Source: Chitinophagaceae bacterium
GTDB lineage: Bacteria > Bacteroidota > Bacteroidia > Chitinophagales > Chitinophagaceae
DNA: 64,000 bases
Reading direction: 5' to 3'
NCBI GenBank assembly: GCA_017307735.1
Contig: JAFKGR010000019.1
Location: 2,622-66,621 of the forward strand
This document shows positions 10,227 through 20,037 of the stretch, in pieces. The notes beneath the pieces are model-generated. The model did no database searches. It saw nothing but the letters and a program-made list of their open reading frames with translations, and was not told where the DNA came from. The position numbers were made by a program, and so were the translations under genes. The stretch's first letter is position 1, and the number at the start of each line of letters is the position of its first letter.

Positions 10227-10826
10227 ATGTCACAGACCCGGGATGAAACTATTTTATGGGAATCATTTCTGAATGGAGATAATCACAGTCTTGAGGTGAT
10301 CTACAGGATTTATTTTGATGAATTGTACCGGTATGGAATGAAGTGGCTCAAAGATGGGCACCTTGTTGAAGATGTGATCCAGGATCTGTTTGTCAGGTTG
10401 ATCCAAAGCAGGGGAAACCTTGCAGTGGCACAATCTGTAAAGTTTTATTTATTCCGCGCCTTTAAGAATATGGCTCTTGATAAAATACGGTTGGAAAAAA
10501 GATTGGTTGGCGGAAATGAACCATCATCAGATACTTTTCAGCTTGACCTGTCTCCCGAAAGTTCAATGATTGATAAGGAAGAATATCTTATCATTAAAAG
10601 TAAAATTGAAAATGCGCTCGTTCAGCTAACCCCGCGGCAGAGAGAAGCGCTTTACCTCCGGTATATAGAAGAATTTTCCTACAGTGAAGTTTCCGAAATG
10701 ATGGGACTTACGGCCAAAGGTACCTATAAACTGATGTCAAGAGCGATCGAAGCCATACGGGGCCAGTTGCCAGCCGGTATATTTATTTTCCTGAGCAACC
10801 ATTTTCTCAGGCTGCACCCATACTGA
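10227..10826 (+). CDS. ECF RNA polymerase sigma-70 factor
   Basis: Region 2 (EDVIQDLFVRL...FYLFRAFKNMALD) and region 4 (LTPRQREALYLRYIEEFSYSEVSEMM); adjacent to fecR-like gene. Confidence 0.93.
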   Translation: MSQTRDETILWESFLNGDNHSLEVIYRIYFDELYRYGMKWLKDGHLVEDVIQDLFVRLIQSRGNLAVAQSVKFYLFRAFKNMALDKIRLEKRLVGGNEPSSDTFQLDLSPESSMIDKEEYLIIKSKIENALVQLTPRQREALYLRYIEEFSYSEVSEMMGLTAKGTYKLMSRAIEAIRGQLPAGIFIFLSNHFLRLHPY

Positions 10827-10924
10827 TATATTTTTCAGGAAAAAAAGTTTAAGGCGCGTGGGGTAAAAAAGAATGTTTTATCGTATTTCATATAGGATGC
10901 CGTTTATTTAAAGAGGCGGTAGTC

Positions 10925-12142
10925 GTGTTTATGGATAAGGAATTGAAGAAATATAGAAAATTTACATCGGCCGACTTTGCCCTGGATGATCGTTTTATTT
11001 CGTCGGTGTTGAAACCTGATGAACAGGCTAATGGTTTTTTTAAGCAGCTAAAAGATTTGTACCCTCACCTGGAAAAGTCCATGAACGATGCGCGGAAAAT
11101 TATCAGTTCATTTGAAGCGCCATCTGAAATCATAAACAATGAAATAAAAGATCGCATCTGGAAAAAGGTTATGGAAGAAACTGAAGGCACTCCAGTTATC
11201 CATATACGCAGCCGCAGAAAGTACAGGTGGGCTGCTGCTGCAATCCTCTTTTCTGTTATTGCTTCATTCAGCGCATATTATATTCTCAATAGACAGGATA
11301 GTACAATTAACGAAGTCAGCCAGGTGAAAAACAAGCCTGCTAATGATATTGCCCCCGGTGGAAATAAAGCCATATTGACTCTGGCCGACGGAAGTATCAT
11401 CGTTTTAGATTCGGCCAATAACGGAACGCTGTCGCACCAGGGGAATGTGACGGTCATCAAAATGAATGATGGCAAACTGGCTTATGACAAGGGTGGTGCA
11501 GCAGGAAAGATAATGTACAACACCATTACCACGCCACGCGGCGGTCAATATCAATTGGTACTCGCCGACGGCAGCAAGGTATGGCTCAATGCTGAATCCT
11601 CTTTGAAATTTCCTGTTGCATTTACAGGCAGGGAAAGAAAAGTTGAATTAACGGGTGAAGGATATTTTGAAGTAGCGCATGATGCAAGCAAACCATTTCG
11701 TGTAAGCGTAAACGATATGACGGTGGAAGTATTGGGAACGCATTTTAATGTAAATGCGTACGGAGATGAGAACAATGTAAAAGCGACTTTATTAGAAGGT
11801 TCGGTGAAAGTGGCAGAAGGAGGGCAATCTGTTATGTTGCAACCGGGACAACAGGCTAAAGTTTCAACAGAAAAAATTTCTGTTGTCAACAATGTGAATT
11901 TGGAATCAGTGGTGGCATGGAAAGAGGGGTTGTTTTATTTTGACAACGATAATATTCAAAAAGTTATGCGCCAGCTTGAGCGGTGGTATGATATAGATGT
12001 GTCTTACGAAGGAAGTATTCCGGCTGCGCTGTTTTCAGGGCAGATGAAACGAAACCTTACGCTGTCGCAGGTAATGCAAATATTAGAATATAACAATATT
12101 AAATACTCAATTGTGGGAAGAAGAATGATAATATCAGATTAA
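10925..12142 (+). CDS. FecR-family anti-sigma factor
   Basis: Single TM; LADGSKVWLNAESSLKFP, RKVELTGEGYFEVAHD, VEVLGTHFNV, AWKEGLFYF motifs. Confidence 0.95.
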   Translation: MFMDKELKKYRKFTSADFALDDRFISSVLKPDEQANGFFKQLKDLYPHLEKSMNDARKIISSFEAPSEIINNEIKDRIWKKVMEETEGTPVIHIRSRRKYRWAAAAILFSVIASFSAYYILNRQDSTINEVSQVKNKPANDIAPGGNKAILTLADGSIIVLDSANNGTLSHQGNVTVIKMNDGKLAYDKGGAAGKIMYNTITTPRGGQYQLVLADGSKVWLNAESSLKFPVAFTGRERKVELTGEGYFEVAHDASKPFRVSVNDMTVEVLGTHFNVNAYGDENNVKATLLEGSVKVAEGGQSVMLQPGQQAKVSTEKISVVNNVNLESVVAWKEGLFYFDNDNIQKVMRQLERWYDIDVSYEGSIPAALFSGQMKRNLTLSQVMQILEYNNIKYSIVGRRMIISD

Positions 12143-12149
12143 AAAGAAA

Positions 12150-12176
12150 GCCGGAAATGGTACCAGCATTTCCGGC
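12150..12176 (+). promoter_or_regulatory. Stem-loop in the fecR-susC leader
   Basis: GCCGGAAATG-gtaccag-CATTTCCGGC, perfect 10 bp stem preceded by an A-run; similar element at 40717. Confidence 0.7.
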
Positions 12177-12239
12177 AGGTCTAAAAACTAATTGACAACG
12201 AAATGATTCATCAAATTTTTTAAACCAATACTCAAAACT

Positions 12240-15200
12240 ATGCCATTTTGTACAAACCGAAAAAGCCCGGCGATTCACCAAATTTTCATTGCTATGAAAC
12301 TTGTGATGGTTTTTATGATTTTAGGTTTTTTGCAAGCTTCTGCGAAATCAACAGCTCAAACTGTATCGATTTCAGGCAAAAATATGACCCTTGAGAAAGT
12401 GTTTAAGAGCATCCAGCAACAGACCGCCTATGTATTTTTTTATAATGAGAGTTTGTTGAAAGAGGCACATCCGGTGACAGTTTCACTTCGAAAAGTATCT
12501 GTAATAGACGCTCTTAATTTCGTATTTAATGATCAACCCTTAGGTTATAAAATAGTTGGAACGACCATTACGGTGGTAAATCGTCCGGCGGTGCAGAAAG
12601 AGGAATTAAATGTAACGGAAGAATTGCCTCAGTTTACAGTATATGGTAAGGTAACGGATCAGGCTGGCGGACCTCTTGAAGCTGTTTCTGTTGTAGTGGT
12701 GGGTTCAGGGAGAGGAACTGCTACGGATGTAAAAGGTGAGTACAAATTAAGTGGTATAGATGAAAATGCAATTCTGGTTTTTTCATATATAGGTTATGAG
12801 AGCCAACGTATATCGGTAAAAAGCAGGACTGTAATCAATGTAATTCTAAAAGTGGAAGTAAATAAATTGAATGAAACTGTTATAATCGGTTATGGTAAAA
12901 CAACAAAACGTTTAAACACCGGTTCCGTAACAACAATAACCGCGGATGTTATAGAGAAGCAACCCGTTCAAAATGTGATGCAGGCATTGGTTGGCCGTGT
13001 TCCGGGAATGCAGATCACTCAAAATAATGGACTTGCCGGCAGCAATACAATCATACAAATTCACGGTCAGAGTTCTATTAACTCAGGTACAATCCCGTTG
13101 TACGTGATAGACGGGGTTCCTTACACTAATTTCAATGGTGGTTTTCCTCCTCAGGATAATCTCGATGCATGGGGAATCAGTGGCGCCAATGGGGGCACAA
13201 GTCCGTTCAGCTCTATTAACCCATCCGATATAGAAAGCATTTCTGTGTTGAAGGATGCTGATGCAACAGCCATTTATGGGGCAAGAGGCGCAAACGGTGT
13301 TGTGCTAATCACTACCAAGAAAGGGAAATCAGGTGAAGGTAAAGTAGATATGAATGTGTATTCGGGAATTGGTAAGGTAGGGCATTGGATACCAATGATG
13401 AATACCCAGCAGTACCTTGCACTCAGAAATCAGGCGTACGAAAATGATGGAGTTGATCCAAATAGTGCAAGGACAAGGCCGGTCGATTTGCTAGACTGGG
13501 ATCAGAATGCTTATACCGACTGGCAGAAATTTTTGCTGGGCGGTACTGCCCATTTCACTAATGCAGACATTGCTTATTCGGGTGGTACTGTCACTACTTT
13601 CTACAGATTAAGCGGTAGCTTCAGGCATGATGGTACGGTATATCCCGGTGATTGGCGGGACAATCGTGCCACTTCGAGGCTCAGCCTGAACCACCGCTCT
13701 CTTAATAACAAATTCGGTTTCTCTTTTTCAGCGAGCTACGGTTATGAGAATAACAAATTGCCGCCTTCTGATATCAGTAGTTCTTATACATTGCCACCAA
13801 ATTATCCTTCAAAATTAGAAGACGGCAGTACAGGTAAGTTGATCTGGTATGCTGGTTTTACCAATCCGTTGTCCTATCTCATGCAACTTTATTCTGCCAT
13901 AACCACTAATGTAATGGGTAATTTTAGCATCCACTATACTATTTTGCCAGGCTTGGATTTGAAGTTGAACAGCGGTTATACGAATGTTATTCTCGACACC
14001 AGGAAAGCAGCTCCTGCTTCGTCATTAAACCCTTCTACAAATCCGGTTAGCTCGGCTTATTTCTCAACCAACAAAGCTCAGAACTGGATTATAGAGCCTA
14101 CGGTTACTTACGACCTTAAAACCCGAAGTGGTAAGCTTAGTGCCTTAATAGGAGGCACATTTCAGCAAAACATATCACAGACAAGCTCTATAAAAGGAAC
14201 CAATTACAGCAACGAATTGTTATTAGGTTCACTGAACGGAGCTGGTCTGATAACGAATTATTTTCCTAATTATGCACAGTATAACTTTGCATCTCTTTAC
14301 GGTCGAGTCAATTACAACCTGCTAAATAGATACGTACTTGATGCGACTTTCCGCCGTGATGGCTCCTCTCGTTTTGGGGCGAATAACAGGTTTGGAAATT
14401 TCTGGGCCGTAGGCGGCGCGTGGATCTTTTCTGATGAAACCTTCATAAAAGACAATTTTTCCTTTTTAAGTTTTGGGAAATTGCGGGTGAGCTATGGGCT
14501 GACTGGGAATGACCAGATCTCAAATTATCAATATCTTCCTTTGTATTCAACAATTAGCTCCCCATATCAGAACCAGATCGGCCTGTACCAAGGGACCAGT
14601 TATAACCAGGATATTCAATGGGAAACAGACAAAAAGATGGAATTTGCTTTAGAGTTGGGCTTTTTGAAGGATAGGATCATGTTTACTGGTGATTATTACA
14701 GAAGCCGTTCCGGCAACCTGCTCGACTATATGATCCTCCCAACACAGACTGGCTTTAATTCGGTAACAGGAAATATGCCGGCAGTAATCCAAAATACAGG
14801 CTTAGAGCTGACATTGAATACAAAAAACATTACTACCAAAAATTTTGAATGGAGAACCTCACTTAATATTACAATTCCCCAAAATAAACTATTAAGATAT
14901 GAAGACCTGGAAAAATCCTTTTATGGAAGCACTTATGCCATTGGTCAACCGATCAACCTGACCAGGTTGTATGATTTTATAGGGATTGACCCTCAGACGG
15001 GAGCACCAGAGTTTGCGACTAAAAATGGCAGCGTCATTCCCAATTATAATACAGACAGGATCATAGCGCCGATTGGCACTCCATATTATGGTGGTCTAAG
15101 CAACGATTTTACTTATAAGCAATGGTCTTTTAGTTTCTTTCTGCAGTTCTCGCATCAGTATGGATATATTAATAGTATCAGCACACCTCTTGGAGCCAGT

Positions 15201-15599
15201 ATGACCAATGCTAATATTTCTGTCCTAAACAGGTGGCAACAACCTGGTGATACACATACGCTGTTCCCGGCAGCATCTGCTGTTCCGGGTTCCCTTGTTT
15301 ACAATGCTTACGGATTTTATTATAGCAACTCTGATGCACTTTGGGGCGACGCTTCCTGGCTAAAGATTCGTAACGCTTCCTTGTCTTATGCTTTCAATAG
15401 TAAAATCCTAAAACATTTGGGCTTTAGTGCATTGCGTCTATATGTCGAGGCGCAGAATATTGTTACGTTTGATAAGGATAAATACCGGTTTGATCCTGAA
15501 ACCTCTGCCCCAGGTACGGGTGGAGGACTTGGTACAGGCCGGTTCCCGGCAGTACCACCTTTGCGCACCTTTGTTTTCGGTATCAATGTCTCATTTTAA
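12240..15599 (+). CDS. SusC/RagA TonB-dependent outer-membrane transporter with N-terminal signalling (STN-like) extension
   Basis: Extended N-terminus, carboxypeptidase-like domain, plug motif DIESISVLKDADATAIYGARGANGVVLITTKKG, RRDGSSRFG, C-terminal FGINVSF. Confidence 0.97.
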   Translation: MPFCTNRKSPAIHQIFIAMKLVMVFMILGFLQASAKSTAQTVSISGKNMTLEKVFKSIQQQTAYVFFYNESLLKEAHPVTVSLRKVSVIDALNFVFNDQPLGYKIVGTTITVVNRPAVQKEELNVTEELPQFTVYGKVTDQAGGPLEAVSVVVVGSGRGTATDVKGEYKLSGIDENAILVFSYIGYESQRISVKSRTVINVILKVEVNKLNETVIIGYGKTTKRLNTGSVTTITADVIEKQPVQNVMQALVGRVPGMQITQNNGLAGSNTIIQIHGQSSINSGTIPLYVIDGVPYTNFNGGFPPQDNLDAWGISGANGGTSPFSSINPSDIESISVLKDADATAIYGARGANGVVLITTKKGKSGEGKVDMNVYSGIGKVGHWIPMMNTQQYLALRNQAYENDGVDPNSARTRPVDLLDWDQNAYTDWQKFLLGGTAHFTNADIAYSGGTVTTFYRLSGSFRHDGTVYPGDWRDNRATSRLSLNHRSLNNKFGFSFSASYGYENNKLPPSDISSSYTLPPNYPSKLEDGSTGKLIWYAGFTNPLSYLMQLYSAITTNVMGNFSIHYTILPGLDLKLNSGYTNVILDTRKAAPASSLNPSTNPVSSAYFSTNKAQNWIIEPTVTYDLKTRSGKLSALIGGTFQQNISQTSSIKGTNYSNELLLGSLNGAGLITNYFPNYAQYNFASLYGRVNYNLLNRYVLDATFRRDGSSRFGANNRFGNFWAVGGAWIFSDETFIKDNFSFLSFGKLRVSYGLTGNDQISNYQYLPLYSTISSPYQNQIGLYQGTSYNQDIQWETDKKMEFALELGFLKDRIMFTGDYYRSRSGNLLDYMILPTQTGFNSVTGNMPAVIQNTGLELTLNTKNITTKNFEWRTSLNITIPQNKLLRYEDLEKSFYGSTYAIGQPINLTRLYDFIGIDPQTGAPEFATKNGSVIPNYNTDRIIAPIGTPYYGGLSNDFTYKQWSFSFFLQFSHQYGYINSISTPLGASMTNANISVLNRWQQPGDTHTLFPAASAVPGSLVYNAYGFYYSNSDALWGDASWLKIRNASLSYAFNSKILKHLGFSALRLYVEAQNIVTFDKDKYRFDPETSAPGTGGGLGTGRFPAVPPLRTFVFGINVSF

Positions 15600-15610
15600 A
15601 ATTAACTATC

Positions 15611-17008
15611 ATGTACCAAGATAATTCCTTCTTCCATAAAATTGGTTTTGATTGCATCATCTTAACTATTTTTCTGCTCGCTTCTTGTGCAAAATTTGTT
15701 GATGTCGGGGCGCCTACCACAAAAATCGGCGTAAAGGAGGCATACCAGTCGGATGCCACCGCCACAAGTGCAATTGTTGGTTTGTATAATAACAGTTACA
15801 TTGGCTATTTGACCATATATTTTACGGGACTGCTCGGCTGTTCGGCAGATGACATCAAGTATGCTACGGCATCTACTAGCTATCTCGAGTTTACTAATAA
15901 TGCAATAACATCCGGTAATCCCAATAATGCCAATTATCTTTGGGCTGATACCTACTCGGAAATACTTCAGAGCAATCTGGCAATAACGAACCTGAATGCC
16001 AGTAATGCGTTAACACCCGCAGTAAAAAACCAATTACTGGGTGAAGCCAAAACATGGCGGGCATTCATGTACTTCTATCTTGTCAATATGTATGGCAATG
16101 TGCCGCTGGAGCTTACAACGGATAATGACATAAATGGGCACATGTCGCGCACAAGCTCTGATAGTGTGTGGGCGCAGATTATTACCGATCTTAAGGATGC
16201 TGTAAACCTTTTGAGTCCCGATTATCCAACCGCTCAAAGAGCTCGCATCAATAAATATACTGCAATGGCTCTGTTGGCAAAAGCCTATCTATATACCAAA
16301 GACTGGAAAGATGCGGCACAAACTGCAGGAGATATCATTAATTCCGGTATTTATTCATTGTCTGCCGACCTCAATACATCGTTTAACAATACCAGCAACG
16401 AGATCATCTGGCAAATAGCTACTACAACCGGCATCTCTGTCTTTGGTAGCAATTTCCTGGCACCCAAAGGTTCTTTGCCTGCTTATATCATGTATGATAC
16501 ATTGTATCATTCCTTCGAAGCCAATGATCTGCGCAAACAAGACTGGACGATGAGCGATACCATAGGTAGCACTCCTTATTATTATGTATATAAATATAAA
16601 GATCGTGCAGGAACAGGCAATGAATACAATGTAGTTTTCCGTCTGGCAGAGCAATACTTTATACGTGCGGAGGCCCGCGCTGAACAAAATGAGATTGCAG
16701 ATGCGGTAAGCGACATTAATGTCATCCGGAACAGGGCCGGTTTGTCTTCTATTAGCGATAATATATCCCGGGATAGCGCATTGATGGCTGTTGAACAGCA
16801 AAGAAAATTTGAGCTTTTTGGCGAATGGGGCAACCGATGGTTCGACCTGAAGCGAACCCCATCAGTTTCAGGAACGTCAGGGCTTACACGGGCTGATGAC
16901 ATATTGAGTATTATGAAATCCACATGGAAGCACACCTCTGTATTTTACCCAATCCCGGCAAGCCAGATTACTATTAATACTCAGCTTACTCAAAATGATG
17001 GATACTAA
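15611..17008 (+). CDS. RagB/SusD family lipoprotein
   Basis: Lipobox LLASC, LLGEAKTWRAFMYFYLVNMYGNVP, FRLAEQYFIRAEA, ELFGEWGNRWFDLKR, YPIP...LTQNDGY. Confidence 0.96.
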   Translation: MYQDNSFFHKIGFDCIILTIFLLASCAKFVDVGAPTTKIGVKEAYQSDATATSAIVGLYNNSYIGYLTIYFTGLLGCSADDIKYATASTSYLEFTNNAITSGNPNNANYLWADTYSEILQSNLAITNLNASNALTPAVKNQLLGEAKTWRAFMYFYLVNMYGNVPLELTTDNDINGHMSRTSSDSVWAQIITDLKDAVNLLSPDYPTAQRARINKYTAMALLAKAYLYTKDWKDAAQTAGDIINSGIYSLSADLNTSFNNTSNEIIWQIATTTGISVFGSNFLAPKGSLPAYIMYDTLYHSFEANDLRKQDWTMSDTIGSTPYYYVYKYKDRAGTGNEYNVVFRLAEQYFIRAEARAEQNEIADAVSDINVIRNRAGLSSISDNISRDSALMAVEQQRKFELFGEWGNRWFDLKRTPSVSGTSGLTRADDILSIMKSTWKHTSVFYPIPASQITINTQLTQNDGY

Positions 17009-17038
17009 TTATAACTGTAAAAAGTAAAAGATATTAAA

Positions 17039-18523
17039 ATGAAAAAGTACAGTCTTACAAAGAAATTTTATGCAACACTTGCATTAGTTCTTTTAATGGG
17101 CACTAATCTACAAGCACAAGAAACAGAAGATACTACTGTCCGGTACCTGAACAGGCTGATCCAATCCAATAATGTAAATGACAAATCACTCCTTGAATAC
17201 AAACTTAAAATACTTGCCGCAAGTGATAAAGAAACGGATATGATGCTAGCGGCAAACATTTATTCCAGGATAAAGAAAACTCGTATATCAGATTCCCTGC
17301 AAAAAGCTGAATTGATCAAATTCCCTTTGGGCATTGCCGCTCGCAACAAGGCAGAGCGGGCCGTTTATGATGCCAAAGATCCTGCAACTGCCGAAAAGCT
17401 GTATAATGAATGGGTGGCCAAATTCCCACCTTCTAGATTCCCCGATGTTAATCACGATCATATCGTATATGACTATGCAAGATCGCACGTTGCACAATTA
17501 TTTGCTGAGCAGAAGAATGCACCTAAAGCAGAACAATATATCAATATGCTGAAAGAAGAATTCTGGAAAGGAAATGGCTACGCCGGCCTGTCTGCTGCAT
17601 TCTACAAAAACGGCGACCTGCGCCATGCAGAAATCTATGCAAAAAAAGCAATGGAAAATGCCAAGAGTTTTTTAAATGCGACCGACGGCCCAGGTAGGTT
17701 TTCAGCATCAGGATATTCCGGCCTTTGCGCTACTTATATCAATATTCTGTATGAAGAAAAAAAGTATGATGAAGCATTGAAATATGTTGAAGTCTTGTAT
17801 AAGTTTAATAAGACAACTGATGTGAGAACCAATTATATGTATGCAAAGCTACTGATGCACACTGGTCACGCCCGAGAAGCTTATGATAAGCTGGACGAAG
17901 CAATGAAAACAGGCAGGGCTTCTACCGAAATGGATTCTACTTTTAAGGCGCTCTATCCAAAGGTAAAGGGTAGCTATGCAGGCTATGACGAATATATGAC
18001 TGTAGTCAAGAAAACAGCCCGGGATAATATGCAAAAGGAATTACAAAAAGCAATGTTGAAGGCGCCTGCTCCATTGTTTACATTAACCGATGTGAAAGGC
18101 AAAAAGGTGTCTCTCGAACAGTTCAAAGGTAAGGTTGTAATCCTTGATTTTTGGGCTACATGGTGCGGCCCCTGCAAGCGGTCTTTTCCTGCTATGCAAA
18201 TGGCACAGAATAAATATAAGAACGATCCTAATGTAAAATTTCTTTTTATACACACTTGGGAAAGAGACAGTAACGCTACTGACGAGGCAAAGACATATAT
18301 TCAAAATAATCATTACAACTTTGAAGTATTGATGGATTTAAAAGACTCTTTAACAAAAGAAAACAAGGTAGTAAGCAGCTATGGCGTTTCAGGTATTCCT
18401 GCAAAGTTCATCATAGACCCGCAAGGCGTTATCCGGTTTCATTTAACCGGCTTTGACGGCAACAATGAAGAAGCAGTAAATGAAATTTCTATGATGATTG
18501 AAATGGCGAAGAAAGCGGGGTAA
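17039..18523 (+). CDS. TlpA-family disulfide reductase with TPR-like N-terminal region
   Basis: Signal peptide, helical repeats, VILDFWATWCGPC, GIPAKFIIDPQG. Confidence 0.9.
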   Translation: MKKYSLTKKFYATLALVLLMGTNLQAQETEDTTVRYLNRLIQSNNVNDKSLLEYKLKILAASDKETDMMLAANIYSRIKKTRISDSLQKAELIKFPLGIAARNKAERAVYDAKDPATAEKLYNEWVAKFPPSRFPDVNHDHIVYDYARSHVAQLFAEQKNAPKAEQYINMLKEEFWKGNGYAGLSAAFYKNGDLRHAEIYAKKAMENAKSFLNATDGPGRFSASGYSGLCATYINILYEEKKYDEALKYVEVLYKFNKTTDVRTNYMYAKLLMHTGHAREAYDKLDEAMKTGRASTEMDSTFKALYPKVKGSYAGYDEYMTVVKKTARDNMQKELQKAMLKAPAPLFTLTDVKGKKVSLEQFKGKVVILDFWATWCGPCKRSFPAMQMAQNKYKNDPNVKFLFIHTWERDSNATDEAKTYIQNNHYNFEVLMDLKDSLTKENKVVSSYGVSGIPAKFIIDPQGVIRFHLTGFDGNNEEAVNEISMMIEMAKKAG

Positions 18524-18757
18524 GATTATCCGGATGAATTATTATGAAACATTTATTACTATCGCTTTTGTTGCATTATGGTTCGTATAGTTTCAAAAAT
18601 GATTGCAAAAAAATTTAATGCTTATAAAAGGCGGTTTAATACTCAAAAATGGTTAGTAAAATCTTGCAGAATGCTGTGCAGGCATGGTCTTGCGTAAGTT
18701 TAGTGAAAGTGGTTTTACCAAACTTTTTTTTGTATATGAAAAAGTTTAAAAAAAGCG

Positions 18758-19105
18758 GTGCCTGGCCTGCGGTTTTACAGATACAATCCGCATCTGAAAG
18801 AACTGTATGCAATATACAAGGATAAAGGAATTGAGTTCATTGGCGTTTCAGATGATGATTCCAAACCGGAAGCATGGCATAAGGCAGTGGAAAAAGATGG
18901 TCCTCCATGGAGACAAGTTCTTCGTGGTTTTGATATGGAAAATTTAATGAAAAATGAACCTAACCCCAACGACATTAGCAAAAAATATGGGATCAGTTCG
19001 TTGCCTACTAAAATACTTATCGACCGGACTGGTAAAATCATTGGCCGTTATTCAGAAGAATCCAGTGCTCTGGACGCAGAATTAAAACAAATATTTGGAA
19101 GTTAA
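18758..19105 (+). pseudogene. Truncated TlpA-family thioredoxin (C-terminal half only, no CxxC)
   Basis: NPHLKELY...EFIGVSDDD...W..A...D..W.QVL...YGISSLPTKILIDRTGKIIGR is the post-CxxC half of a TlpA domain; there is no WCxxC and no intact upstream frame. Confidence 0.75.
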
Positions 19106-19172
19106 TTTAGACTCTGCTGAATAACCTATCACCCTTGTTATTTTTGAAATTGTCATTCATCAAATACTAAGT

Positions 19173-19346
19173 TTACAAATAAAAAGTTGCCCTCTTCAGA
19201 GGGCAACTTTGCAATGCATTCGCCAGGTCTCCTTTGCTGACCAGCGCTAACGAATAGTCGATCTGGAAAGAAGGATAAGTACCGGTGATTGCACTTCCCA
19301 CTTTTCCAGAGAATCCGCCAAGGATTCCCTTTTTAATGATACCCAT
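19173..19346 (-). pseudogene. Internally deleted DUF6266-family gene remnant (57 codons; below the ORF-track cutoff)
   Basis: Manual translation: MGIIKKGILGGFSGKVG-SAITGTYPSFQIDYSLALVSKGDLANALQSCPLKRATFYL*. The GILGGFSGKVG N-terminus and AITGTYP..IDYS..LVS.G.L block are normally well separated in this family. Confidence 0.72.
19183..19210. terminator. Bidirectional terminator-like hairpin
   Basis: AAAGTTGCCCTC-TTCA-GAGGGCAACTTT, perfect 12 bp stem between converging reading frames. Confidence 0.75.
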
Positions 19347-19356
19347 AATAATTTGT

Positions 19357-19416
19357 TTTTGGGGTTAAAAAAAATTGTTTGTCACACTTCGTTTTCTTGC
19401 AAGTAGCGTTGTGTAC
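19357..19416 (+). repeat. ~60 bp direct repeat, copy 1
   Basis: ttttggggttaa...ttgtttgtcacacttcgttttcttgcaagtagcgttgtgtac; the 29 bp core 19388-19416 is identical to 34957-34985. Confidence 0.93.
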
Positions 19417-20037
19417 CTATAGAACGACAATTGATTTGTACAGATATAAAATGAGAGGAGATAGCGTAGCAATACATCACATTTGGGCAGGGCTACGCAC
19501 GGACAAGCGTAAAGGTACGCAGAAAGAAGGAAATCTTTTTGATGGTTATCCCGGATTTTAATACACCCGGTAATACATGTTATCAGCACATCTCATCAGC
19601 CCGATTCGCTGTAGCGAAGGCGGAGCCGCATGGGAAAATTCATTTTGCAGATCCTCTGATGTATCCAAACTATTAAGTTAGTTGGAAAGATATAAAAAGG
19701 AGAATTTTACCCAACGTGATAAACCGGAATATCAGTACTCTGTGGACCGCATATGCCATCCTGAATAGCAACGGGCTTTGTTATCCCGAATATGCGAGGC
19801 GCTATGAGTATCTATTTTTACATCGCTTTGATAAACCAGAAACATTAATTCGAAACAATGGTATTCTCCAAATCAAATCTCCCAACAAGGCAGAATATTT
19901 TCAGTTCTCAGATTTACTCTTTACTCAACAATCAAGTTTAGCAGAACTGTATGAATAATACTCTCTAAATGGTGCTTTGGATTCTAAAAGTCTCAGGATT
20001 CGTCCTTTATTCTAAAAAAATAGTTTGAATTATGTAA

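Noticed and set aside
10860-10895. Possible ECF-dependent promoter GGGGTAAAA...TCGTATT before fecR, and ACCCACCC...GTACTC at about 39338
   Set aside because: Plausible by position, but the two do not match each other and cannot be validated from sequence alone.
19417-19958. ORFs 19365..19589, 19379..19561 and 19716..19958, and a broken reading frame from about 19540 to 19958
   Set aside because: No recognisable motif in any frame I translated. It may be gene debris but I cannot support a call; BLASTX would decide.
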